Shown piece by piece: positions 54,701 through 63,472 of a stretch of DNA of 64,000 nt. The stretch is from Candidatus Krumholzibacteriota bacterium (GTDB lineage Bacteria; Krumholzibacteriota; Krumholzibacteriia; JAJRXK01). The notes beneath the pieces are model-generated. The model worked only from the letters and a program-made list of their open reading frames with translations, was not told where the DNA came from and did not search any database. The DNA lies in NCBI GenBank assembly GCA_963764625.1, contig CAVXTH010000007.1:192001-256000 (forward strand), given 5' to 3'. A program made the translations under genes and the position numbers. Every line of letters begins with the position of its first letter. Position 1 is the stretch's first letter.

Positions 54701-55052
54701 TCCCACCAACGCTCTCACCGAGACCGACCTACGTACCGCCCGGCTCGGCACCGCGGCCACGCCGGTCGCGGCGACCCAGTTCTGGTTCGCACCCCCAAGT
54801 CCGAATCCCTTCGGCGGGAGAACGATCTTGGATTACCGGCTGCCGCGCGCGGGAAGGGTGAATCTGGAAGTGTTCGACGTGCGCGGCCGGCGCGTCGCGA
54901 CCCTGGTGGACGAAGTGGAAGCGCCCGGAGAACACCGAGTCAGCTGGACCGGGCGCGATAACCACGGCTCCTCACTGGCGTCGGGCACCTACTTCGCGCG
55001 CCTGCAAATTCCCGGCACGGTGCAGACCCGCCGGATCACCCTGATGCGGTGA
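51714..55052 (+). CDS. FG-GAP (integrin alpha-like) repeat surface protein with FlgD-Ig-like C-terminal domain
   Basis: Signal peptide; 14 AGD(V/L)(N/D)xDG(Y/F) repeats; tail PNPFG..VFDVRGRRVATL..WTGRD..SGTYF. Confidence 0.92.
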   Translation: MSGSSSTLVPLIVLLLICTASTTPANAQGDCLPNYGVQYVGLPQVDAHFGKAVSTAGDVNGDGYADFIMGAPDYDFDDFDEGFFTVALGGPDGMEGVGGGQFGDVPFGNLGCSVSTAGDVNGDGFDDVIVGALGYTHGESGEGRAYLYYGSSGPAPMNNPAAWIGEINLAGALFGTSVCTAGDVNGDGYADVIIGARGLGGGLLGDQSGAAYIFFGSPSGLASTYDQVVFGWTESAQFGTSVATAGDVNGDGYDDVIVGAPGYDALGNPANDNGKVFAYYGSPTGISTTEDWSVTGGLGSRLGNSVFTAGDVNGDGYADVIVGAPNRLDGSFQPVGEADVYLGGPSGLATSPVWTRVGVVSEGRYGFAVATAGDVDGDGFADIVVGVPMQNGYQGRIEVYFGSSGGPSVDPCVRVSGVTDSGFGAAVCTAGDLDGDGYSEIIVGEYLGDFTNPSYPGNGAVWRYTGGARLPSEAPGWIASDGTADTDNGHAASTAGDVNGDGYSDVIVGAPNYSNFMSGHGRARAYLGTAYGLSTNASWSKSESGTSSYGAAVSLAGDVNGDGYTDVLVGDPNFNAGQGDEGKVFEYDGGPSGLSTTSSWSRVGDAQTSLFGDALSDAGDVDGDGYGDILIGADGFGSTTAYLFRGSATGLESSPSWSFTLESVGNTVAGAGDVNADGYSDVIVGQYSTFYGVGDSRGAAYVWYGSPTGLSVYPQASIWLNAANAALVAVDTAGDLNGDGYSDILLGGFSLDGIVQVHLGGPSGIDPTPAWSRPGTGGENLGISAGYAGDVNGDGYSDIVVGSQGYSNGQQFEGKVTVFFGTPSSSSPIGDEWSFESNQANAQMGRLVSTAGDVNGDGFADLLVPLWDSDQIFLHPGNQGNGLPRIPRQAQYDGSAPIDLLGNSNVQTAWALKALGRCPAGRTKLRMEYEVKAVGVPFDGSIQSGPYADTGAPTPAGSAVALEQRVTGASSEAAYHWRMRFHSRSPYFEYSPWIGLPTNALTETDLRTARLGTAATPVAATQFWFAPPSPNPFGGRTILDYRLPRAGRVNLEVFDVRGRRVATLVDEVEAPGEHRVSWTGRDNHGSSLASGTYFARLQIPGTVQTRRITLMR
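54965..55050 (+). repeat. 86-bp direct repeat, copy 2
   Basis: Matches 51555-51640; encodes the last codons of the FG-GAP protein. Confidence 0.92.
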
Positions 55053-55323
55053 AGGCAGTGGTGGTCTCGTAAGCGCTTTCTTGGCTTTTGATCCTTCAGT
55101 TGGATGGGAGGGGCTTCCCCGGGAGTGTCCCCCTGGAGCTAGGTTGCCCAGTTGCGTACACGCGGTGGACGTTCGCATCTCCGCAAGAGGAAGATGTGGC
55201 GGTGGGATTCTTGCAGTCAAACCAGCCAGAGAACTCGGTTGACCCGACGCTTGCATCATGACAACAATGTCCCGGAGATTCCCCACCAGTTTCCAGGCAA
55301 ATAGTAGCGGAGAAGGAGATCCA

Positions 55324-56742
55324 ATGACTCAGTTTCGAGGTTTTGACGAATCCAAGATCGAGGTCGGCAAAGATGCGGTCGAGGCTCTGCGCTCGGCACT
55401 GGGTGGTGGCCTTCACGGTCCTGGCGATTCCGAATACGATGAAGCTTGCGCCATATGGAACGCAATGGTTGAACGCAGGCCGGCGTTCGTCGCGCGCTGC
55501 CGTTCGAGCGCCGACGTCGCCGAAACGGTGCGCTTTGCCGCCGCACATAAAGTCCTTCTCTCGGTGCGGGGTTGCGGCCACCACATTGCCGGCAATTCGC
55601 TGGCAGACGGCGGACTGACCATCGACCTTTCCACCTTACGTAAGGTGTCACTCGACGCTAATTCCGGTGTGGTCACGGCCGAACCTGGCGCGACGCTCGG
55701 TGATCTCGATGCGGCGACTGCGGCGAAGGGTTGGGTCGTGCCTACCGGGATCAACTCGACCACGGGTATCGCGGGTCTGACTCTTGGTGGAGGCTTCGGT
55801 TGGCTTTCCCGCAAGTTCGGAATGACCGTCGACAGTCTGAAAGAAGCCGAGGTGGTGACTGCCGATGGCAAGACCGTTACCGCCTCCGCCTCTCAGAACC
55901 CCGATCTCTTCTGGGCTCTCCGCGGTGGAGGTGGCAACTTTGGAGTCGTGACCCGGTTCACCTACCAGGCCCATCGCACTGCACCCGAACTCTACTCGGG
56001 ACTCATTGTCCATCCGGCGTCGGCGGCGGGCGATGCTCTGCGCTTCTACCGTGATTTCGCGGCAAAGGCCTCCGACGAGCTAACGACCTGGGTGGTCATG
56101 CGGAAGGCTCCACCACTCCCATTTCTCCCGGAAGACGCCCATGGCAAAGAGGTCGTCGTCTTCGCGCTGCTCCACTGTGGCGATCCCGCCGCGGCCGAGC
56201 GCGAGGTCAGGCCACTCTTGGAGTTCGGCAACCCGGTCGGCAGCCACCTCGGTGTGCAACCCTTTGCTGCCTGGCAACAGGCTTTCGATCCATTGCTCAC
56301 CCCCGGCGCCCGCAACTACTGGAAGTCGCACAATTTCGCGAGTCTCTCCGATGCTTTGCTTGACGTCTTCACCAGGGCTCTCGGAACTCTCCCCTCGGAT
56401 TTTTCGGAGATTTTCATCGCACAGCTCGGTGGAGCACAGAGTCGTGTTGCAGTTGACGCGACCGCTTACCCCCACCGCGACGCGCGCTTCTCGATGAACG
56501 TCCACACCCGCTGGGAGAAGGCCTCGGATGACGCCCGTTGCGTGGCCTGGGCGCGAAAGCTGTTCGCGGAAGCCGAACCGTACTCGACGGGCGGCACGTA
56601 CAGCAACTTCCTGACCGACGACGCGGACGACGCGGTGGCCGCCGCCTACGGAAGCAATGCTCCGCGCCTGGCCGAGGTCAAAGCGCGCTACGACCCCACA
56701 AATCTATTCCGAATGAACCATAACGTGAGGCCAAAGAAGTGA
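55324..56742 (+). CDS. FAD-linked oxidoreductase (VAO/berberine-bridge family)
   Basis: VRGCGHH, GLTLGGGFG, DLFWALRGGGGNFGVVT, YSNF, KARYDPTNLF. Confidence 0.92.
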   Translation: MTQFRGFDESKIEVGKDAVEALRSALGGGLHGPGDSEYDEACAIWNAMVERRPAFVARCRSSADVAETVRFAAAHKVLLSVRGCGHHIAGNSLADGGLTIDLSTLRKVSLDANSGVVTAEPGATLGDLDAATAAKGWVVPTGINSTTGIAGLTLGGGFGWLSRKFGMTVDSLKEAEVVTADGKTVTASASQNPDLFWALRGGGGNFGVVTRFTYQAHRTAPELYSGLIVHPASAAGDALRFYRDFAAKASDELTTWVVMRKAPPLPFLPEDAHGKEVVVFALLHCGDPAAAEREVRPLLEFGNPVGSHLGVQPFAAWQQAFDPLLTPGARNYWKSHNFASLSDALLDVFTRALGTLPSDFSEIFIAQLGGAQSRVAVDATAYPHRDARFSMNVHTRWEKASDDARCVAWARKLFAEAEPYSTGGTYSNFLTDDADDAVAAAYGSNAPRLAEVKARYDPTNLFRMNHNVRPKK

Positions 56743-56793
56743 GGTCGATGAACTGATTTGACCAGTGCGCCGAAGGTGAGCAGGAGGCTCTGC

Positions 56794-59151
56794 GTGAAGA
56801 AGCTGCCGTGGAGAGCGGTGCTGATCACGCTCTTGTGGATTCTGGTAAGCGCCGACGCGCTTGCATTGGAGGGTGCGGCTCTCGCTCAGGACCGGAACCC
56901 AACGTACGTGTCCGTCGAGGCTCTCACGCGCTTCGTGAACCCGCTGGTGGGCACGAAGAACATGGGACATACCTATCCCGGCGCGACGGTTCCCTTCGGG
57001 ACGGTGCAACTGAGTCCCGACACCAAGCGCCCACCCATGTACGACGCCTCCGGCACCTACAACCGGGAGGTCTACCGCTACTGCTCGGGCTACCAGTACG
57101 GCGACTCGACCATCTATGGCTTTAGCCACACCCACTTCAGCGGGACCGGCCATTCCGATCTAGGGGACGTCTCGCTTATGCCAACCCTGGGCGAGCTCCA
57201 GCTGGAACCGGGCGATGCCTGGCAAGAGGGGCACAACATTCCTGCGCGCTTCCATCACTCCAGCGAGGTTGCGCAGCCCGGATACTACAAAGTGCAGTTG
57301 GACGACTCCTCGATCGAAGTCGAGCTCACCGCGACCCCGCGGGTGGGCATGCACCGCTACACACTGGGAAAAAGCGGAGAGCTGCACCTCATTCTGGACA
57401 TGATGGCCAACATCTACGACTACCAGGGCAAAGATGTATGGACCTTCCTTCGGGTCGAGAACGACAGCACGGTGACTGGCTACCGGCAGACCACCGGTTG
57501 GGCGCGCACGCGCACCGTGTACTTCGCGATGGAGTTCAGCCGGCCCTGCAAGAGCTACGGCTACAAACGCTACGACGAGACGCCCTACAAGGGCTTCTAT
57601 CGTCAGTTCGATCAGGAGCACGACTTCCCCGAGATGGCGGGAAGGGAGATCCGCGCCCATTTCGATTTCGATGGCCGCAAGGGCGAGCAGTTATTGGTGA
57701 AGGTGGCACTCTCAGGAGTGAGCACCGCGGGCGCGATGGCGAATCTCTCGACTGAGTTGCCCGGCTGGGATTTCGATCACGCGCGCGAGCAGGCGCGTCA
57801 GGCCTGGAACCGCGAGCTGGGCCGGATCGAAGTCAGTTCGATGAATGACGAACAGAAGAAGACCTTTTACACCGCGCTCTACCACTGCTTCCTCAGTCCC
57901 ATCGTGTACGAGGACGTCGACGGACGCTACCGCGGGCTCGATCAAAACGTGCACACCTCTAGCGGCTTCACGAACTACACGATCTTCTCACTGTGGGACA
58001 CCTACCGGGCCCTGCACCCGCTCCTGAATCTCATTCAGACCGCGCGCAACACCCACATGATCGAGAGCATGCTGGCCCACTTCGACCAGAGTGTACACGG
58101 GATGTTGCCGGTGTGGAGTCACTATGCCAACGAGAACTGGTGCATGATCGGTTACCACGCGGTGTCGGTAATCACCGACGCGATCGTGAAGGGGAATCGC
58201 GATATCGACCTCGAGCGAGCGTTCCACGCTTGCGTGGAAACGTCACGGGTTCCGTACTATGATGGCGAAGGGGAATACGCGAAGTTGGGCTACGTGCCGG
58301 ACGAGGTCTCGCCCTACTCCGCGAGTATAACCCTGGAACTGGCATACGACGATTGGTGCATCGCGCGGCTGGCGCAACTCGAGGGTGACGAAGCCGAGGT
58401 GGGGCGCTACGACGAACGGGGAGAGAGCTTCCGGTACGTCTTCGATCCCGAGGTGGGCTTCATGCGGCCCAAGCGCCGCGACGGGAGTTGGCGCCCCACC
58501 TTCGACGCGATGGCAACCGACGGCCAGGGCTTCGTCGAAGGGAACGCCTGGAACTACAGTCTCTACGTGCCGCAGAACGTGCCGGCCCTGGCGGAGCTTC
58601 TGGGAGGTCCGGACAAGCTCGAGACCTATCTCGATTCGCTCTTCACCATGCAGATCTCTGACGAGCAGATCGCCCATACCGAGGACATCACGCGCGATGG
58701 AATCATCGGCGCCTACGTGCACGGCAACGAGCCCAGCCACCACGTGCCCTATCTCTACAACTGGACCGTCCACCCCTGGAAAACGCAGAAGCGGGTACGA
58801 ATGATCCTGGACACCATGTACGGCCCGGGTGTAGACGGTCTGTGTGGCAACGACGATGCGGGACAGATGAGCGCCTGGTATGTGTTCAGCGCGCTGGGGT
58901 TCTATCCGGTGTGCCCGGGGTCGAGGAACTACGAACTCGGCAGCCCGCTCGTGAAGAGCGCGATGTTGCATCTGGAGAACGGGAAGACCCTGCACATCGA
59001 AGCCCGTGACCAGAGTCCCAAAAATGTATACGTGCAGAAAGTGGAAGTGAACGGCAAACCCATCCATCGACACTACCTGGATTTCGCGGAACTCAGGATG
59101 GGGGGAGAGATCACATATTTCATGGGGCCTGAACCGGTCGAAGGGGAATAG
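56794..59151 (+). CDS. GH92 alpha-mannosidase, secreted
   Basis: PGATVPFGTVQLSPDT, FSHTHFSGTG, SLWDTYR, EGNAWNY, HGNEPSHH, GNDDAGQMSAWY. Confidence 0.95.
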   Translation: MKKLPWRAVLITLLWILVSADALALEGAALAQDRNPTYVSVEALTRFVNPLVGTKNMGHTYPGATVPFGTVQLSPDTKRPPMYDASGTYNREVYRYCSGYQYGDSTIYGFSHTHFSGTGHSDLGDVSLMPTLGELQLEPGDAWQEGHNIPARFHHSSEVAQPGYYKVQLDDSSIEVELTATPRVGMHRYTLGKSGELHLILDMMANIYDYQGKDVWTFLRVENDSTVTGYRQTTGWARTRTVYFAMEFSRPCKSYGYKRYDETPYKGFYRQFDQEHDFPEMAGREIRAHFDFDGRKGEQLLVKVALSGVSTAGAMANLSTELPGWDFDHAREQARQAWNRELGRIEVSSMNDEQKKTFYTALYHCFLSPIVYEDVDGRYRGLDQNVHTSSGFTNYTIFSLWDTYRALHPLLNLIQTARNTHMIESMLAHFDQSVHGMLPVWSHYANENWCMIGYHAVSVITDAIVKGNRDIDLERAFHACVETSRVPYYDGEGEYAKLGYVPDEVSPYSASITLELAYDDWCIARLAQLEGDEAEVGRYDERGESFRYVFDPEVGFMRPKRRDGSWRPTFDAMATDGQGFVEGNAWNYSLYVPQNVPALAELLGGPDKLETYLDSLFTMQISDEQIAHTEDITRDGIIGAYVHGNEPSHHVPYLYNWTVHPWKTQKRVRMILDTMYGPGVDGLCGNDDAGQMSAWYVFSALGFYPVCPGSRNYELGSPLVKSAMLHLENGKTLHIEARDQSPKNVYVQKVEVNGKPIHRHYLDFAELRMGGEITYFMGPEPVEGE

Positions 59152-59197
59152 GGTTGAGCCGGCCGGATGAGATCGGGCCCATGCATGGGGAGGAAAC

Positions 59198-60940
59198 ATG
59201 AGACGGCAGGCGCAGATTCTCGCAGGCATCGAATCCAGTCTTTCTTCGACGGCCTTTTCGGCGATGGCTCAGGCGACCGTCTTGGCGGTCATGGTAGCGG
59301 TCGTTCTGGTGGGCGCTGGCGCGAGCAATGCTCGCGCCGAGGGAATCCCGGGGACCGTTCTGAAGCACTTTCCGTTGGAGCTGAAGACCCCAACCGGGCT
59401 CGCATTCGACGGTCAGCATCTCTGGGTGGGCGATCTCGATTCGGCCAAGCTCCTGGAGATCGACCCTTCGAGCGGCGAGGTGCTCGCCACGCTCGATGCT
59501 CCGGGCTACCAGCCTCTGGGTCTGGCCTTCGATGGCGCCCAGCTCTGGGTGATCGATGCCCTGGATAAGACAGCTTACGCGCTGAATCCGGCGAGCGGCA
59601 TCACGCAGCGGGCTCTGCCGCTCGATACGGACGACGCCAAGGGAATGACCTGGGATGGTGCGGCGCTGTGGACGGTGGATGCACGCGACGGCGTCATCAC
59701 CCGCCTCGACATCGACGACGGAACCACCTTCAAGAGCTTTCCCTGCCCTCGCGCGAAAGCTGGTGGGGACGAGTTGGGCTTGGCCTTCGACGGGAACTAC
59801 CTGTGGGTGAGCGACCGGCGCAGTGACAAGATCTACCGGGTCGACTCCGCTACCGGCGTGGTTCTCGACGACTTCCCCTCACCCGGTCCTTACCCGGCCG
59901 ATCTGGCCTGGGACGGCGAGCACCTCTGGTGTGTCGACTACGAAACGCGCGAACTCTACCAGCTGGAGACGGTGAGCGGATCGCCCTATGTCGTCTCCGA
60001 TCCGAAGCACGAGCTTCTGACCTACAAGGAGATCTGGCGCAACTTCGGTCCCGGGACGGTCGAGAGCCTGGACGTCTATATCGCGGTGCCGCGTGACCTG
60101 CCCAACCAGAAGTTGACGACAGAACCCACTTTCGATCCCGCGCCCAAGGACACCGTAACCGACAAGTGGGGACAGAAGTGCGCGCACTTCGTGTATGAGG
60201 ACGTCGAGGCCGGGCAAGAAGTGTCGGCCCAGATGACGGTGGATGCGACCCTCAACAAGGTCCGCTGGTACGTCGATCCGGACAAGGTGGGTGGACTCGG
60301 GAAGATTCCGGCCAAGATCCGCAAGACCTACACGCAGAACAGCAGCAAGCTGGTCATGGACGACCCGGTAATCCAGAAGGCGGTCAAGGAAGCTGTCGGC
60401 AGCGAGACCAATCCCTACTGGATGGCGCGCAAGATCAATCGCTACATCCAGGACCACATGTACTACGAACTGGTTGGGGGGTGGAACATCGCCCCCACGG
60501 TGCTCGCACGTGGTTCGGGCTCCTGCTCGGAGTACACCTTCGTGATGCTCTCGATGTGCCATGCGGCGGGCCTGCCCGCGCGCTATGCGGGCTCGGTGGT
60601 CGTGCGCAACGACGATGCGAGCCGTGACGACGTGTTCCACCGCTGGGTGGAGGTCTACCTGCCCAACTACGGCTGGGTTCCGGTGGATCCCTCCGGGGGA
60701 GATTCCGATGTGCCCTCTCACGTGGCGGACTTTTTCGGAGGCCTGTCGAACCGCTTCGTGATCACCACTCTCGGCGCGGGTGACAGCGAGTATCTACACT
60801 GGGACTACGACAGCTACGCCACCTGGACGGCCAAGGGGCGCGTGAAGTTGATGCAGCACAAGGCCGGAGACTGGGTGCCGGTGGGCAAGAAGTACGAGCC
60901 GCGGGTGACCGCGACGGTGGGCATGGACAAGTGCGACTAG
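59198..60940 (+). CDS. Secreted beta-propeller + transglutaminase-like protein
   Basis: Five G(L/M)x(F/W)DG..LW-type repeats; catalytic triad motifs GSCSEY, HRWVEVY, WVPVDP. Confidence 0.85.
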   Translation: MRRQAQILAGIESSLSSTAFSAMAQATVLAVMVAVVLVGAGASNARAEGIPGTVLKHFPLELKTPTGLAFDGQHLWVGDLDSAKLLEIDPSSGEVLATLDAPGYQPLGLAFDGAQLWVIDALDKTAYALNPASGITQRALPLDTDDAKGMTWDGAALWTVDARDGVITRLDIDDGTTFKSFPCPRAKAGGDELGLAFDGNYLWVSDRRSDKIYRVDSATGVVLDDFPSPGPYPADLAWDGEHLWCVDYETRELYQLETVSGSPYVVSDPKHELLTYKEIWRNFGPGTVESLDVYIAVPRDLPNQKLTTEPTFDPAPKDTVTDKWGQKCAHFVYEDVEAGQEVSAQMTVDATLNKVRWYVDPDKVGGLGKIPAKIRKTYTQNSSKLVMDDPVIQKAVKEAVGSETNPYWMARKINRYIQDHMYYELVGGWNIAPTVLARGSGSCSEYTFVMLSMCHAAGLPARYAGSVVVRNDDASRDDVFHRWVEVYLPNYGWVPVDPSGGDSDVPSHVADFFGGLSNRFVITTLGAGDSEYLHWDYDSYATWTAKGRVKLMQHKAGDWVPVGKKYEPRVTATVGMDKCD

Positions 60941-60947
60941 CCAGAGA

Positions 60948-62162
60948 TCAAGAGTCGAGCCGGTAGCACACCAGGTGGAGCGGTTCCATGTCGCCCTCTG
61001 CATCCTCGTCCTCGTCTTTGACCACCGTATCGCCGATGTTGTGCGCGACATACATGTGGCTCGCTCCCGGAAAGATGCGGTCTCGATTCAGGTCCACGTC
61101 GCCGAGCAGTCGCCACTGCTGTACCCATCGGCCCTGCGCGTCGAACTGGTCGAGTCGGGCGAAGAGTTCGGGGGGATCGTCCGGCTGACGCTCGCGAATC
61201 AGGACTTGAAATCCGCCGTCGGGCCGCGGATAGAGTCCATCGACTACGCGATCGGTATCGCTCACCTGGACCTTCATCTGCTTTCCATTGATGTTCATGG
61301 AGTATCGCTTGCTCGCGTACTTTCGTTCCTCTGGTGTGCGCACATGGGGCTCGAACGGCCTCTCGATGATGCGCAGGAGCGAGCCATCCGGCGCGTATAC
61401 GTGTAGGCGGTAGGCGTCCCACTCTTCTGCCACCACGACGTTGCCCTTGGCGGTGACGGTCCAGACTCCGCTGACTCCGGTCATGTCCCGCTCCTTGAAT
61501 TGCTCGGCCGCGAGATCGACGGGGTGTCGATCCTCGTAGTAGCGGGTTTGGATGGTACCCTTGTCATCGACCGAGAGGATCTGGGCCACCGTCCCCATTT
61601 TTCCGTCGGCGAAGAACATTCCCGAGGCCGCCAGGACGAGATCGCTCCCGCGGTCGTAGCCTCCGGTGAGCATGGGCACGCCTTCGCTGGGATCGGGGAT
61701 CGGGTGGTCGTCCAACGGAACCCCGTCGGGCTTCAGCAGGGCGATCTTGGGCGGCATCGTCTGGATCACGTCCAGAGTGCCGTCATGCCCCAGAAAGAGG
61801 CTCGAGGGATTGCGGAATTCCCCAGGCGCCTCGCCTTCGCGCCCGATGGTCTTTTGCCATTCTCCTTCGGGGGAGAAGACCTGGATCTGGTTCAATTGCG
61901 CGTCGAGAACGCAAACGTCGCCGTCCTTGCGTTCGACGACACCGCGGATGCGGCCAAAGATCAGGTCGTCGTCCAGGCCGGCGGTCCACAACGCGTGGAG
62001 ATGAACATCACGAGTTTCCTGCGAGGGTGCGGTGCTGACCAGTGGTTCAGGCGAGGGATCCGCCGCGCCGCCGACGCCGACGAGGAGGGTGCACGATGCG
62101 AGCACGAAGAAGAGGAAAACTGGGAACAATGGCAATCGGTTCCATGCGACAGTCTTGTTCAT
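60948..62162 (-). CDS. 6-bladed beta-propeller (NHL-like) exported protein
   Basis: Signal peptide; VLDAQLNQIQVFSPEG..IGREGEAPGEFRNP. Confidence 0.8.
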   Translation of the reverse strand: MNKTVAWNRLPLFPVFLFFVLASCTLLVGVGGAADPSPEPLVSTAPSQETRDVHLHALWTAGLDDDLIFGRIRGVVERKDGDVCVLDAQLNQIQVFSPEGEWQKTIGREGEAPGEFRNPSSLFLGHDGTLDVIQTMPPKIALLKPDGVPLDDHPIPDPSEGVPMLTGGYDRGSDLVLAASGMFFADGKMGTVAQILSVDDKGTIQTRYYEDRHPVDLAAEQFKERDMTGVSGVWTVTAKGNVVVAEEWDAYRLHVYAPDGSLLRIIERPFEPHVRTPEERKYASKRYSMNINGKQMKVQVSDTDRVVDGLYPRPDGGFQVLIRERQPDDPPELFARLDQFDAQGRWVQQWRLLGDVDLNRDRIFPGASHMYVAHNIGDTVVKDEDEDAEGDMEPLHLVCYRLDS

Positions 62163-62283
62163 GGGTACCTCGGATAGTTTTGAGTGAGATTCCAGCGGAC
62201 ATTCGGCGGTACCGAGACTACGCGCGAGCGTGCTGCTGGGTTTCACCTCCGCTCAATTCCATCACGCTACGTCCCCGGCCACG

Positions 62284-63408
62284 CTAGTCGAGAGGCCGCG
62301 CGAAGGTGGAGTCCCACGCGGCGAGGGCCAGCTTGGGATTGAGGTCGATATCGACCAGGCCGAGGTGGGCGAAGTAGCTCAAGGTGGACGGGGGTGGGGG
62401 AGTGATCGCCGCCAGGTCGAGGTCGGTGAAGGTGAGCTGGAAGACTCCGATCGCGCCCGCGTTGTCGAGTAACTGGTCCTGGCGCACGATGTAGCGGCGC
62501 TGTTCCGCTTGCGACGAAGTCCATTCGGCCTGCGTGTTGGAGGCCCAGCCACCTTCGGTCACCGCCACCGGGATGTCATGTCCGGCGACGAGTCCGGAGT
62601 AGTAGTCGTCGGGGATCTCCTCGGGGGCGTCGAATCCCGCGAGATACGGGTACGAGGACAGCCCCAACTCGTCGATGAAAGGGAAGTCGACAAGGTCCTG
62701 ATCGATACCCAGGCCGGTCGAGTTTCCCAGCCGGCCCCAGGCGTAATCGACCTGCACGCTGACGCTCAGCTTCGCCGACGTGTTGCGGGCCCGAAGATCG
62801 GTCGCGGTATCGTTGGCGACCTGCCGGACGGCAGCATAGAGGTTCGCCGGCGCGATGCCCCGAATGAGGTTCGTCTCGAGCGCGAGTCCGAAGTGTTCGG
62901 GCTGCACCAAGCTGTCGACGACCGCGGCGTAGCGCCGGTACATCGCCTGGATCTCGGGCTCGGTGATACTGCGGCCGGCATTGACCAGGGCCGTCGATTC
63001 TCCGGCTCGGTTGAGCCCGTTGCCGGGATCGAGATAGACCCAAATTTGCAGACCCTTCGCCCGGTAGTACTCGGCCAGGCCTACCTGCTGCTTCTGCACC
63101 AGGTCCCCGACGGGCACACCGGCCAGAAGCGAGTCCCACGGGACTTCGTAGCTCATGATGGCCGCGTCCGCTCGCAGCGACCACAGGTCGATGGCGGCCA
63201 GCAAGAGGTCGAAGTCTGCGCGCGGAGGAATCCCCGAAAAACCCATGCGATAGGTGCGGGGTGGGCCCTCCGGCGCGGTCGGTGACTTTTCCTCGCTGCA
63301 AGCGCCCAGGCTACCGGCGATCAGGAGGATCGCGGCAAGGCCGAGTAGCTCGAGGCGGTGCGCGTGAGCTGAGAGAGAGTTCATGGCGGCCATTTTCCAT
63401 ACGCTCAC
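62284..63408 (-). CDS. Lipoprotein with putative glycoside-hydrolase-like TIM barrel
   Basis: Lipobox LGAC; LETN, LSSYPY and VAVTEGGW resemble GH-A clan catalytic strands. Start could be a downstream ATG. Confidence 0.65.
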   Translation of the reverse strand: MSVWKMAAMNSLSAHAHRLELLGLAAILLIAGSLGACSEEKSPTAPEGPPRTYRMGFSGIPPRADFDLLLAAIDLWSLRADAAIMSYEVPWDSLLAGVPVGDLVQKQQVGLAEYYRAKGLQIWVYLDPGNGLNRAGESTALVNAGRSITEPEIQAMYRRYAAVVDSLVQPEHFGLALETNLIRGIAPANLYAAVRQVANDTATDLRARNTSAKLSVSVQVDYAWGRLGNSTGLGIDQDLVDFPFIDELGLSSYPYLAGFDAPEEIPDDYYSGLVAGHDIPVAVTEGGWASNTQAEWTSSQAEQRRYIVRQDQLLDNAGAIGVFQLTFTDLDLAAITPPPPSTLSYFAHLGLVDIDLNPKLALAAWDSTFARPLD

Positions 63409-63472
63409 GCAGAATGGACAGGTCTTTCTGGCAGTCTCCCTGGAGTATTGCAGCGTGGGACGCGCCGCACGA

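Noticed and set aside
51555-55050. attL/attR of an integrated element
   Set aside because: The enclosed 3.4 kb holds only the FG-GAP gene; no integrase, tRNA or phage genes.
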